Shown here one piece after another: positions 10,724-26,300 of a stretch of DNA of 64,000 bases (the first letter of the stretch is position 1; each line of letters opens with the position of its first letter). This stretch comes from Macrostomum lignano (Eukaryota). Below the pieces are notes generated by a model. The model was not told the DNA's origin. It did not search any database and worked only from the letters and a program-made list of their open reading frames with translations. The translations under genes were made by a program, and so were the position numbers. The DNA lies in NCBI GenBank assembly GCA_002269645.1, contig NIVC01000109.1:483670-547669 (forward strand), read 5' to 3'.

Positions 10724-13700
10724 ATGGAGTGTAAAATTTGCAACGTGAAAAAGTTGACATCGGAATATCCGTCTAATCCGCTGTCTGATCTGTGCGAGCA
10801 CCATCACCTGCTGGTGTGCCTGCGGGTAAGGTGGAACTGGACTGATGCATATGTACCTGCTAATTATGTACCTAGCTGATAGCCCTTTATTAAAGTTGTT
10901 TGGCAGACACGAACACTAGAGGATAGATAGCGTAGGGAATATACAATGGATAGTAGGGAATAGACGGTGTAGGGAGTAGACAATGTAGGGAGTAGACAGT
11001 GTAGGGAACAAACAGTGTAGGGAGTAGACAATGTAGGGAGAAAACAGTGTAGGAAGTAGACAGTGTAGGGAGTAGACAGTGTAGGGAGTAGACAGTGTAG
11101 GGAGTTGACATTTTAGGGAATAAACACTGTAGGGAGTAGACAATGTAGGAAGTAGACAGTGTAGGGATTAGACAATGTAGGGAATAGACAGGCTAGACAA
11201 AGCTCGGCAAAGAAAAGAGAGTGCCAAAGGTTGGGCATATATTGAGTAAACATGATGGGGGGGATGAGAAATATCAGTAATCTGACAGCTTAGAAACAGA
11301 ACGGGATCGCGGATGAATTTACATCTAAGTTGCTTGCGCATTCAATGGCTTCTATTCCTGCAGTGCGTTATCAGAGAAGTTGACAAGAACTACCAATGCC
11401 CAGTTGAAGGCTGCTCCATCATGATTGATGCTGGCGAATGCATTCCACTGTGGGAGTGCAAGGCTAAACTGAAGCAGCTCACATTTGACTACTCAGATCG
11501 GGAGAGAGCTCAGGCTGCTGAGGCTGCTGCTGCTGCATCTGCTTCCGGTGCCTGTGAGGATTGTGACCGATTCAATTGTATCGCTTGATACTTTTCCTAA
11601 TTTGTAGCTAATTCACGTTTTCTATTTAACTTCAGCTTCTGGCATTTTCACTGTGAACCTCACCACTCTGCTGGGCGAGTCTTTAAGTGTTGATTTGGAC
11701 TCCAACCAGCCGGTGGACAAGCTCAAGGATCAGGTGCTGCAGCAGTGGACAGATCGCAGCAAGAATAAAATTAAACTGCTGTTTAATGGGGACGAGTTGA
11801 CTGTGAGATGCTTTTGCTTTATAATTGCGTTTTACTTATTTATTCTTTGATTTCCACCTCTGAACTTATCTCAGAGTATCCGTGAGTACATGTAATATCC
11901 CCGAAGTATCCCAGAGTAATCCGCCCCTCCGCCCATATCCCAGAGTAATCCGCCCCTCCGCCCCATATCCCAGAGTAATCCGCCCCTCCACCCCATATCC
12001 CAGAGTAATCCACCCCTCCGCCCCATATCCCAGAGTAATCCGCCCCTCCACCCCATATCCCAGAGTAATCCGCCCCTCTGCCCCATATCCTAGAGTAATC
12101 CGCCCCTTCGCCCATATCCCAGAGTAATCTGCCCCTCCGCCCCATATCCCAGAGTAATCCACCCCTCCGCCCCATATCCCAGAGTAATCCACCCCTCCGC
12201 CCCATATCCCAGAGTAATCCGCCCCTCCGCCCCATATCCCAGAGTAATCCGCCCCTCCGCCCCATATCCCAGAGTAATCCGCCCTTCCCTCCGCCTCATA
12301 TCCCAGAGTAATCCGCCCCTCTGCCCCATATCCCAGAGTAATCCGCCCTTCCCTCCGCCCCATATCCCAGAGTAATCCGCCCATCTGCCCCATATCCCAG
12401 AGTAATCCGCCCTTCCCTCCGCCTCATATCCCATAGTAATTCGCCCCTCCGCCCCATATCCCAGAGTAATCCGCCCTTCCCTCCGCCTCATATCCCAGAG
12501 TAATCCGTCCCTCTGCCCCATATCCCAGAGTAATCCACCCTCCGCCCCATATCCCAGAGTAATCCACCCTCCGCCCCATATCCCAGAGTAATCCGCCCCG
12601 CACCCACCCGCTCCGGCAGGACAGCCAAAGCTTAGCATCAGCCGGCCTCAGCAGCGGTTGCCGGGTGCAGGTGCTGTTCGTGCTGCAGGAGCTGACGCCG
12701 GACCTCACAGAGGTTCGCATGTGCATGTCCTGGGGCTGGCCGGGCGGCAAGGACCACACGGATTACCTGGACACGGCCTGCTTCACTTTCTCGGCCGGCG
12801 CCACCGGTCGCATCCAGTTTCTGCACTGCATCGATTTTCGCAGCAGCCATCGGCAGAACGCCATCAGCGCCGGGATCAGCCAGACCTACAATCAGGTGAT
12901 CCGACACGACGGACCAGCTAGGAAGTGTGGGCAAACTCGAACTTCGGAATCTTCTTTCACTGTCTGGCCGCAGAATCTTGACGAGCTTCGAGCTCCGGTG
13001 GGCAGATTCGACCAGCAGAACGTTCGAACTGTGCCGGTTACCCACCTGTTCTTTGTCACCTTTACCTATCGAAATACCAATATTGACAGGTTCAACCACC
13101 CGCAGCTGCAGGTGAGTTATGATTATTGGCACTGGGCCATTGTTTTCTGAATTGCCGCCTCTGGCTTCTTGTTTTCTGTGAAAATCGCCAAATCTCTTGA
13201 GAATCGGCCTATCATGAGAATCGCCCTCTTTAAGAATCACCTTTTTTGAGAATCGCCCTCTACTTGAGAATCGCCCTGTACTTGAGAATCGCCCTCTTCT
13301 TGAGAATCGCCCTCTCTTTAAAAATCGCCCTCTCTTTTAGAATCGCCCTCTCTTTAAAAATCGCCCTCTCTTTTAGAATCGCCCTCTCTTTAAAAATCGC
13401 CCTCTCTTTTAGAATCGCCCTCTCTTTAAAAATCGCCCTCTCTTTTAGAATCGCCCTCTCTTTAAAAATCGCCCTCTACTTGAGAATCGCCTTCTTCTTG
13501 AGAATCACCTTCTTGAGAATCACCTTCTTGAGAATCACCTTCTTGAGAATCGCCCTCTTCTTGAGAATCGCCCTCTTCTTGAGAATTATTTTAAGAATCG
13601 CGGCCCTCTTTTTGAGAATCGCCCTCTTCTTTGAGAATCGCATTGAGAATCGCCCTGTTATTAAGAATCGCCAACTCCCATGAGAATCGCCCTGTTATTA

Positions 13701-14011
13701 AGAATCGCCAACTCCCATGAGAATCGCCAACTCCCATGAGAATCGCCAACTCCCATGAGAATCGCCAACTCCCAACTCCCAAATGAATGGCGCAGGTATT
13801 CGACCAGCGCGATCCCCAGACGCCGCTGTGCAGCACCAATTTGAATCCCCGAGCCAAGGGTCTGGTTGTCTGCCTGCTGAGCAAACCCGGTGGTCGCGGT
13901 GCCTGGCAGGTGACAGACGTCGGCCAGCCGCTGGCCGAAGGCAGCATCAGAGACTACAGACCGGTTGAGAGAGCCTGCGTTCGAATCATCAACTCAACTC
14001 GACGCGTTTGA
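10724..14011 (+). CDS. RING-like Zn finger - ubiquitin-like - TerD-like fusion protein, copy 1 (388 aa, 5 exons)
   Basis: Exons 10724-10825, 11364-11553, 11636-11802, 12620-13111, 13796-14011; all introns GT..AG, phases compatible, total 1167 nt. CKIC...CEHHHLLVCLRC...CPVEGC (RING-like); VNLTTLLGESLSVDL...[20 protein letters not shown] (Ubl, no terminal GG); WGWP...DYLDTAC...RHDG...VTHLFFV...PQLQVFD...PLC...WQV...GSIRDY (TerD-like). The exon-2 donor is the least certain boundary. Confidence 0.82.
10960..11190. repeat. 16-bp minisatellite (gtagggagtagacagt)n in intron 1 of copy 1
   Basis: About 14 imperfect tandem units. Confidence 0.9.
11905..12600. repeat. ~29-34-bp minisatellite (ccccatatcccagagtaatccgcccctccg)n in intron 3 of copy 1
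   Basis: More than 20 tandem units; source of the spurious ORFs at 11840-12638. Confidence 0.93.
13200..13775. repeat. 18-bp minisatellite (gagaatcgccctcttctt)n with a 36-bp higher-order block, intron 4 of copy 1
   Basis: Tandem units; alternating dimer at about 13305-13470. Confidence 0.92.
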
Positions 14012-15069
14012 GCACTGTGAGCTTATTTGTCCTTGAGAATGAAGTTTACTGAAGTTTGTGCCTAATTAGATAAACTGGAAACCTCGTTTCTTAGAAACCA
14101 TTTTTTAAGAGAATTAAATGAACAACTTTTTTTATGAATCTTTGGCTAAGGACATTGTTGTGTCGTAACTAATCAGGAGCAAATTTTTCAGTGTTAAACT
14201 TTTTGTTTTCATAATTCTTATTCATGTTTAACTAATTTTCTCTATATTTTTACTATTAGTAGAGTAGCGAGGGAAAGCTCCTTGTAATATTTTATACATG
14301 TAATATTCTGCTGTTTTTACTGTAAGTAGAATATCGCAACGAAATGTTAATTACAGTAGTTGTGTTAGTGTATTTTTGCATTTTATTGAAATTATAAAAA
14401 AACTGCTACCAATAAAGCTTTGAAAATTTAAATTGAGTTGTAAATATCCGCAGTGTATGGGGGCGCAGCCCAGTGCTCTGGCTCGATTCCAAGTGCAGTC
14501 ACGTGTCTGTGCGTATGACTGGGTACGTATCCGCGCGCTTGTATGCCTGCTCAGGGAAGTCAGCGGAATGGGCAGCACACAGCCTCCTTAAAAAGGCTTA
14601 ATTGATTATATTGATAACCAGTTCTTGTCTTTGATTGCAATTGCCCTGATCAACGTAATATTAATTTGATTATTACTCCAGTTATTATTTTGCACTACAT
14701 GTATCGTGGCACTAAACGTTTAAAACGGTATTTATAATTATATTAGGGCAAATGTGTATTAATGTATGTATCTTTGTTTATTGAATAATTCCATATTGGA
14801 CTCGGAAGTTATTTTAGTTTTGCGAAATGCAGATTTTTTATTTTTCATACTTTTTATCAGATATATTGCTCTGATTATTTACTCATCTGTTGCAGTTCAA
14901 CTGCTATAGTTACAATATAACTACAACATTTCATTTCATATGGTAAATATAAGTGCACATCCGGTGTTTATAGTATAAATTATAAATATCACATAAATTT
15001 CTGTGCAGCATGTTTTCAACTGCTTTGCAAGACTAGAATTTTCATTTTTTACTTAGTTTATTCTGAGTC

Positions 15070-15715
15070 ATGGCAATTGAGCAGTCTAAAGAATCTCAGC
15101 GTTTAGTGATTGAGCAGTCTGAAGAATCTCAGCCTTAGCGATTGAGCATTCTAATGAATCTCACCCTTGGTGATTGAGCAGTCTAATGATCTCAGCATTT
15201 AGTGATTGAGCAGTCTGAAGAATCTCAGCCTTAGCGATTGAGCATTCTAATGAATCTCACCCTTGGTGATTGAGCAGTCTTAAATAATCTCACCCTTAGT
15301 GATTGAGCAGTCTTAAACAATCTCACCCTTAGTGATTGAGCAGTCTTAAACAATCTCACCCTTAGTGATTGAGCAGTCTTAAATAATCTCACCCTTAGTG
15401 ATTGAGCAGTCTTAAACAATCTCACCCTTAGTGATTGAGCAGTCTTAAACAATCTCACCCTTAGTGATTGAGCAGTCTTAAACAATCTCACCCTTAGTGA
15501 TTGAGCAGTCTTCAATAATCTCACCCTTAGTGATTGAGCAGTCAAATAATCTCACCCTCAGTGATTGAGCAGTCTTAATAATCTCACCCTTAGTGATTGA
15601 GCAGTCTTAAATAATCTCACCCTTAGTTATTGAGCAGTCTTAAATAATCTCACCCTTAGTGATTGAGCAGTCTAAAGAATCTCAGCATTTAGTTATTGAG
15701 CAGTCTAAAAGAATC
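15070..15715. repeat. 33-bp minisatellite (aatctcacccttagtgattgagcagtcttaaac)n directly upstream of copy 2
   Basis: About 19 tandem units with no unique spacers. Confidence 0.93.
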
Positions 15716-15775
15716 TCAGGCCATATATTTTGGAATCTCATACATGGATCAACACCGCTTGTCTCTCATGCCGTG

Positions 15776-18700
<2,925 letters not shown>

Positions 18701-19180
18701 ACTGAAATAGTTAATCGACTCAATATTTTTATAGGTGCCTGTTCAATTATTTTCTCTCAATTCCTTGTAGGAGTATAATAAATAAATCATTATTAATTGA
18801 GGTGCAGGACAGACGCTGCTGATAGATTACATGCTTTTAGTAGATTGATGGTTGCACCTTCTTGTGATCTTTAAAAAGTATGAATTCCTGCGTTTGCACC
18901 TGATTTTTATCGTGCGTCGGCTGACTGACTGACTGACTGACTGACTGACTGACTGACTGACTGACGGGCGATTTCTCAACTTCTGAAGTGCCGGAGACAA
19001 CACGAAAATTAGCTCACACAGAATCAGGAAAATTTCTAGCACAGTTAAATCACTGCTCTTGCTATTTCCTTCACGTATTATTCCCATCTCAAAGTTGTCT
19101 GTGATGCCTTTCCGTTCTGCAAATTCCATTTAAAGTACCGCACTGTATTTTCTCTTTCAAACAACAACAACAACAACAAA

Positions 19181-19602
19181 GTACACTGGATAGTCTCTAG
19201 TGTCACAGGGCGCGTCTCAAGGCCAGAGTGCGAACATAGGCCGCTCCGCCGGCAGAGTCCGGGGCGCCGGCGTCAGCCAGCAGGCAGTCGACGAAACGCC
19301 GAGTGCGCGCCTGTCCTCGCCGGTAGGGTGCCTGCAGCGTGAGCAGCAGCACCTCCTGCACCGGCTGTGGGCAGTACGACTCGGCGCGGATGATATGACC
19401 TGCCAGCTGGAGTCGCCGACGGCGCAGCAGGTCACTTGGACGGGCCAGGCCGGCGCGGCGATAGAGTGCCGCGTTGGTGACTCGCTCGTCGCTGATCTTG
19501 AAGGCGGCGCGCAGCAGGCCAGCGTGCGCCGCGTCGACTTGATGTTCAAGCGTCCAGGTCTCTGCGTTGTAAAGCAGGACGGTTTCGACTACCGCCTGGA
19601 AG
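19181..19602 (-). mobile_element. 5'-truncated non-LTR retrotransposon (RTE-like), 3' end of ORF2
   Basis: Minus-strand translation QAVVETVLLYNAETWTL...LLRAAFKI...VTNAALY...LRRRRLQLAGHIIR resembles the post-RT C-terminus of RTE-type LINEs; flanked by the 13-bp direct repeat caacaacaacaaa (19168-19180 and 19603-19615). Confidence 0.8.
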
Positions 19603-19789
19603 CAACAACAACAAAATTTTCTAACTTTAGGCCAGCAAACTTGTAAATTATAAAGCTTTAATCAAGCATTAGCTAAATGCAAAATGAGCGCGCTTGATGC
19701 TTGTAATGACCGTTGAAGGCTTATTCATATTTGCCACTGTCAGCCAAGCCAGTCAGCCAATTCCTATTGCAGTCAGCCAAGTAGGCTCT

Positions 19790-20110
19790 ACTTTGGATAC
19801 TTTCCAAGTAACTTGGAAGTAGACATAGGAAGTGTACTTTGCAAACTTGGAAAGTCAGCCAACAAGTAGACTCTAACTTTGGATACTTCCCAAGTAACTT
19901 GGATGTAGACATAGGAAGTGTACTTTGCAAACTTCCAAAGTCAGCCAAAGTAATCCCAACGGGAAATACTTTGAAAGTACTGCCAAGTAGAGATACATTC
20001 AAACATGACAAACTTCCAAAGTCAGCTAAAGTAATCCCAACAGGAAATACTTTAAAAGTACTGCCAAGTAGAGATACATTCAAACATGACAAACTTCCAA
20101 AGTCACCAAA
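19790..20110. repeat. Local duplications (two 81-bp tandem units and a ~55-bp dispersed direct repeat)
   Basis: caaacttccaaagtcagc...ttcaaacatga repeated at about 19929 and 20010; tttggatact...ctttgcaaact at about 19791 and 19878. Confidence 0.75.
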
Positions 20111-21949
20111 GTAGGAAAGTACCATTAATAAATTGGAAAGTTTTCAATAATATTTTTTCTCGGATACTGTCGAGGCTTGATCCGAAATCAAAGAAATTCG
20201 CAACAGGGGTGTCCATTGGTTCCAACTGTTGAAGGTCCACAGAGGGAGCCTCTGTTGCGAATATAAAGTCTGGTTGGCCACCGAAGTCAGCTGATGCAGT
20301 CGTACACGTCCGACCGGACAGAATTGTTGAATGCGAGCTATATTTGGCGACCGCGACTTGGCTCTTGTTTGAGAAGGTGCGCAAGAAAGTAAGCCCGTGT
20401 TCTTTAATTTCGTGTTCCTATAGCTCCGGCGCAGCAAAAATGCTTGTCACGCAGGATTACTCCCCATTGGCACTTGTAGTTCTACTCGTAATATACATTG
20501 CATGTACAAGTACAAGTACGTGTATAGATGTGCATGCTTGGTACTCATCTGAATATACCTCTACGGCCTAGAGGCTTGAATGCGGGCCTACAGAGCTCTA
20601 CTGCATTTCTCGCTTGACAAAATTCGCTACAAAGACTCCTCTGACACGTGCTCAAGACGGACTGCAGGAGGGATTTGGCAGAGAATTCGAGCCGTGGTCC
20701 CTAAGACGGCGGACCACAACCCTTTTATTGACGATCTGCGCGTCCTGTACCTGACTCCTAGATAGAGAGGCCATGCGCCTTCGCTTGTGCGCTAGGGCTC
20801 TTCGAGTCCTGTGCGTCGTTTACAACTATACTATTTGTATACGGTAGGCTTACAGTAAGCTCTACGCTCATAGCAGCGGTAGAAATAAAAGCATAAGCAT
20901 ACCCCTTTGGGTTAGAAATCATAGCATACTTTGCTACTGGGTGAACACGTGGGTTCCTTTATGTTACTATAGCTGTGTTGCTTTATGCTATAGATTTATA
21001 CCTGGATGTAAATATAGAAATAAGTAAATGTAGCCATGTACTCGTAAATTACGTTCTAGTAAATGAGAGCAAGTACGAGCGTACGCTCCAATCCTTTCTA
21101 TCAATCTCAAATCCCAATGGTCTTTACAACCAAATCTGCTGGGTAATGGTTTTTTAAAGTAATGATTAACAATCAATGCGTTTATTATAGTTCCATTTGT
21201 TACCACCTATTTTTTTATAAATATTGGTACGAAAATTTAGAGCACAGAAACAATAATTTAATATTCTGTAGCAAGAGTACATGATAAAAATAATTCAATC
21301 ACCAAAAATCTATATCGATAGCATACAAAAAATTTAAAATTATACAGGAAAGTTTAAATACTTGTAACGCTGTAGGAACTTTTATCCAATTACTCAACGG
21401 GACAAAAAAAACTGGAAGAAAAAGGCCCTCCTACCTGGAAATACTAAGTATGCATGTATAGTATTATAATATCGATATAATACTAATAAGACATTTACAG
21501 TATAATTTATTTAAAGAATTTAGATCCTCCAGGAATTTCCTACATATCGTACCTAATTATAGCTAATTATTTTTATTGTGTCTAGATTCAACGAGAATAT
21601 ATAGTTATAACATTTTATAGCACAAATTTAATACAATAATTTTTCTTTAATTATTAACTTCTACAAATGAAGGGGCAAATAAAGCAACATTGTGTTATAG
21701 ATTGTGTATAACTGGTATGTGACTTCCTCGGAGGATAAACGAATAGCCACAGCTATAAAACAGAGCCAGCTTAGCAGAAGTACTGTAATAAAATATACAG
21801 CTAAGCTATCGCTATCGGAATAAATAAAACGTTGCAGAAAGTTAACGGCTGCGCTAGTTTACAACCGCCCCTTACTTGCGCAATGATGTTTTCTGCTAGT
21901 TCCATTTCTTCTCCAATAAATAATTGACAATCTATTTTGTCTGTCTTTT

Positions 21950-22850
21950 TCGAACAAAGTTGACAAAGAAGGCCTTCAGCAGCAGGTTAAAGTTGTCTAC
22001 AAACTGGACTCAATGCTTCCACAAACAAGTTTTCCCGACTTCTGAACTCTGTCAAAGATGGCAACGAATTATCTAAAGTCAAGAAGTAAAATACCCTGTC
22101 AAAGTCAGCAATGCACTGCAGTTTGCTGCTCAGATGGATGCTGGGATCCGAGTCGCTGATCATCCACATCCACATGAAAGTTCTTCTCTAGTAGTAAACG
22201 CACTTGTCGGACGCTGCAGTGCCGATAGCAAATGCTCCAGACTAAAGCCAAAAGTCCCAATCAGGACTCTGAAAATCATTGTGATGACCAGAGTAAGCAT
22301 TTGCCAAGAACAGCTAAACATTTGAGATTCATGTCATGCGAATTGTTTTTCTACAGTATACGAATCCAACTAAAATTGGTTAAGCCCATTTGTAGCGGTT
22401 GCATGACGGTAAACAGTAAACCTGAAGCATTTTTGAACGATTTTAGAGGCGGGGACGACGGTGCCGCATGCTTGGGTTCTTTGAATGGTGTACGCTGGAT
22501 GACCTTCTGAATGCGGGACTCCTGCTCATCGTCGTTCTTGCCATCACACAGCTTCTTGGCGTTGTTGATTCCAAGGCGTGTGTGCCTGTCTTGGGTGGGC
22601 AAGAAATACACCTGGCTCGGAAAACTCAAAATCGTCGCCATGTTGTACTGCGAGTAGCGTGAGCCACATAACGCAGATGTGAGAATCGATTGCAATGTAG
22701 AAAATTCAAAGAGGCTTGGAAGACCTTGTGCAATTAAATTGACAGTTAGGACACAACGAGCATGATTTAGCAAACAGCCAACACTCCGTCCAGCCTAGGT
22801 CGGTCTGGGCAGACAGACAAGCCTTCCAGCAAATCAAATAGCGAGAACTC
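21950..22850 (-). pseudogene. Degenerate third A/B unit of the RNF213-stalk-like gene
   Basis: 21950-22260 is clearly alignable at nucleotide level to 28316-28685 but carries deletions and frameshifts. 22450-22850 translates to LNHARCVLTVNL...SFPSQVYFL, weakly similar to exon-A starts (LLDAKCNITLSL...AIPSWKLFFL), with a frameshift. Confidence 0.7.
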
Positions 22851-23020
22851 TAAGCGGCGCACAAGTCGCGTACAGAACAATACAGTATGTACAAGTCGTA
22901 TTAAGATTAGAAATCCACATTACAAAATCTAAAACTTGGATATTACTTTGTAGCTGACTGCAACGTTAAAATACATGTAAGCTGTAAATCCCCCAGAAAG
23001 CAAAACAAACAATTTCTTAC

Positions 23021-23163
23021 TGATTTAGGCGCAGCTTTGGAGCCGGCTTGACCTGCTGTTTTTCTTCTAGTACGCCATTCGCTGGAATATCTGGTGCCAC
23101 CTGCAGCTGCGTTGGCAACTCCGCCTTTGCCCTGCCGATGAAGCTTCTGCTTTTTGCAGGCGC
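23021..23163 (-). CDS. Putative basic low-complexity linker exon of the stalk-like gene
   Basis: Acceptor ttttttag-like (cttctcatttttag) and GTAAG donor; open and phase-compatible with the donor at 26814 (G-ACKKQKLHRQGKGG...KAAPKS). No homology support. Confidence 0.4.
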
Positions 23164-23310
23164 CTAAAAATGAGAAGTTTTATTTTTTAATAATTCGTGG
23201 CAGTATTCGTAAGCAAACTTCAGAAATTTCATAATTTCATCAGACAGATGCTTTTAACTTAAAACTAATTTAATGAATACGCTCGTAATAAAAATGTTTT
23301 ACGTACAATA

Positions 23311-26300
23311 TGTTGTGTTCTAATTAACACAGAGAGTTTCTTTGATTGAAGCTTTTGAGTTCAGAGATACACATCTCGCTCACAATATATTTATAGAGGT
23401 GAAACTCCTACTTGCACGTTGCATTGCCAAATCGATACGCAATCACCTACTCATTCTAGTCTGAGTACAGTATACGCCCACGCATTCAATAAGGTCAATA
23501 GTTAATTGTTAGTGGTCAGTTCATTGCGCAAGCATTGTCAGTCACAACATTCTCCCCCCTTCCGGAAGAGGATAACGCGCCGGTTGCCGTCGAGCTCGAG
23601 TTGACCTTCGAAGTTCAGGTGGAGGTGGCGGCTCGCCTGTCCGTGGGGGCGGAGCCGGCGGCAGCGGCAAATCGAACAAGTCGTCCTCTTGGTCGGCCGC
23701 GCTGTCGTCAGCCGGTGGGCTGTTGCACTTAACCAGCCGACTCGCTTGCCACTTTGTACCGTCGGACAGCACGAAGGTGTTGCGCCCTGCTCGGGAGGCG
23801 ATCTTTAGCGGTTCCTTCAGTCGGGTCGCCAGCTTGTGCGCTCGGTGCGGCGTCTGTCGCCAGACCCAGTCTCCGGCCTGGAGCATAGAGTCACGAGCCC
23901 GTCGTGGCCCATCTGGACAGCATGTCCGCGCACTTGTTGTCAGCGCCAGGGATGTGCTCAAACCGGACGTCGTAGCCGCGAAGTCTCTCGACCCATCGAT
24001 GAATGCGAAGAGGCCTGTGCCCCATGCCTTTCGAGTCGAGCAGAGTTGTCAGGGCCTTGTGGTCGGTGCGTAGCGTTACTCGTCTGCCGTATAAATAGTA
24101 GTGCCAGCGTTCGATGCTCCATACACAGGCCAGGGCTTCTCGCTCTCCGGCTGAGTATCGCTTTTCCGCTGGGCTGAGTGCTCTCGATGCGAACGCTATT
24201 GGCACCTCTTTTCCGTTTTGTACTTGGCTGAGCACTGCCCCCAGTCCGTCTAGACTTGCATCGCAGGTGACGTACGTCTCAGCTTGGCAGTCAAAATGAG
24301 CTAACACTGGGCTGCTGGTTACGGCTGACTTGAGTGTACGGAAGGCTGTACGTTCTCGCTCACCCCAGTGCCAGTCCGCGTCCTTTTTGAGCAGTTGTCT
24401 CAGAGGCTCGGCAATTGCTGAGTAATGCGGTATGAACTTGTGCAAAAAGTTCACTGCCCCGAGAAACGATTGAATTTGCGCGACCGTTGATGGCTCAGGA
24501 ATTCTTAGAATTGCGTCGACGTTGGACTTGGTCGGTTTGAGGCCGTCTGCAGAGATGACCAATCCGAAGAAATCCACGCTCGCCTGCCGGAATTTGCACT
24601 TCTCTCGATTGAGTGTGAAGCCTTCGCGATGAATCCGCCCTAGGACTTCTCGGAGGTTCTTGTCGTGCTCAGTCTCGTCCTTGCCGTGCACCAGGATGTC
24701 GTCCACGATGTTGATGGCGCCAGGAGCTCCTCGAAGCACCGTCTGCAGGGCTCGCTGGAAGGCAGCTCCGGAGCTGGATAGCCCGAATGGCACCACGGTG
24801 AACTGGTACAGGCCGGCATCGGTGATGAAGCACGTCAGTCCTCGAGAGTCTGGATGCAGCGGAATCTGCTGGTAGCCTTGACGCAGGTCCAGCTTGCTGA
24901 AGCACTTCGAGCCGTTGATGCTGGCTGATAGGTCCTCGATTGACGGTACCGGATAGCGGTCCGCGATCACCGCCTTGTTGACCTGCCGCAGATCCACGCA
25001 GAGACGAACCTTGTTGGACTCCTTCTTGCGCGTCACGACAACGTTGCTAACCCACTCGGACGCGTCGACCTTCTCAATGATGCCCTGTTGCTCCATCCGG
25101 CTGATCTCTGACGTCACTTCGTCCTTCAGGCCGATCGGCAGCTTCCGCATTGGCTGAGACACTGGCTTGACCGAGGCGTCGATCTTTGTCCGGTGAATGA
25201 AGCTCTTGGACCGGCCCAGACCGTCGAAGATTCCGAGGAAGTCGCGCTCGATCGTAGTCTCGCTGATGCTCATCACTCTGTTGTCACCTTGGAAGATTTT
25301 GAATCCGAGGGCCTGAAACAGGTCGCGGCCCAGGATGTTCGCTCCTTTGTCGGCGACGTAGAATGTGGCTTCTGTCCTGATGCCGTTGAACGTCACAGGA
25401 AGCTCGACCTTGCCGATGGTCTTGATCGCAGATCCGCCGTATGCCTCCAGTTTTGTGCTCGTCGGAAGCAGCGGGTGCCTAGCGAAAGACTTCTTGAACG
25501 TCTCCATGTTGAGCAACGAAACGGCAGCACCGCAGTCGATTTGCAGTCGAATCAGCTGTCCGTCCAGACGGCATTCGCAGAATAAGCTGTCTGTGCTCTT
25601 GTTGTTCACGGCCAGGACCGTCAGGCTGGACTCTGCAGGCTCTTTGGTGTCGATCGCAGAGACCGCTTTCATGCGGCACATTTTCGCGAAATGGTTCGTC
25701 TTGCCGCATCGTCTGCATTTCTGGCCCATCGCCTTGCATTCGCCCTTGTGTCCGTGGTTGCCTCCGCATCGAGTGCACTTTGGACCTGCTGCTGCGGTCT
25801 TCTCATGGCGAGCAGCTGGCTTCGGCTTCTTGCTCAGCGCCTTCACGTGGAGCTCTGGGCCGCTGACCTGCTTGGCGTCTCTGATGGCTGCTTCGATTCG
25901 CTCGGCCTTCTTGATGGCGTCATCTAGCGTCAGATCGTCCTCCTCCATCAGGAGTCTTTCCCTAATGCGAGGTACGCAGGTTTTCTCCACAAGTTGGTCT
26001 CGAATCATTTCGTCGTGAAAGGTGCCAAAGTTGCAGTTTGTTGCCAGTTCTCTCAGGGCCATCACGTAGTCTCCGATGCTCTCGCCGTCGTGCTGGGCTC
26101 GCTGCCGAAAGGCGAAGCGCTCTGCTATGACGCTTCTCGACGAGCTGAAAATCGCCTTCAGTGCCTTTTTGGTCTCCTGAAGCGACTTGCTTGCATCGAC
26201 GTTTGCAGCTCGGCGGCGTCCTTCCTCACCAAGCAGATGCAGGAGGATCGCCTTTTTCCGACTCTCTGATGCCTCTTCAAGAGCTCCAGCTACCAGGAAG

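Noticed and set aside
11840-12759. Gly/Tyr-rich repeat proteins on the minus strand
   Set aside because: Translations of an intronic minisatellite.
13246-13683. LRIALF-repeat membrane-like protein
   Set aside because: Translation of the 18-bp intronic minisatellite.
15070-15715. CRISPR-like 33-bp repeat array
   Set aside because: Pure tandem minisatellite without spacers.
19200-19646. 148-aa plus-strand ORF
   Set aside because: Antisense to the LINE ORF2 fragment.
20103-20765. Short ORFs suggesting a small gene
   Set aside because: No recognisable motif and no consistent splice model.
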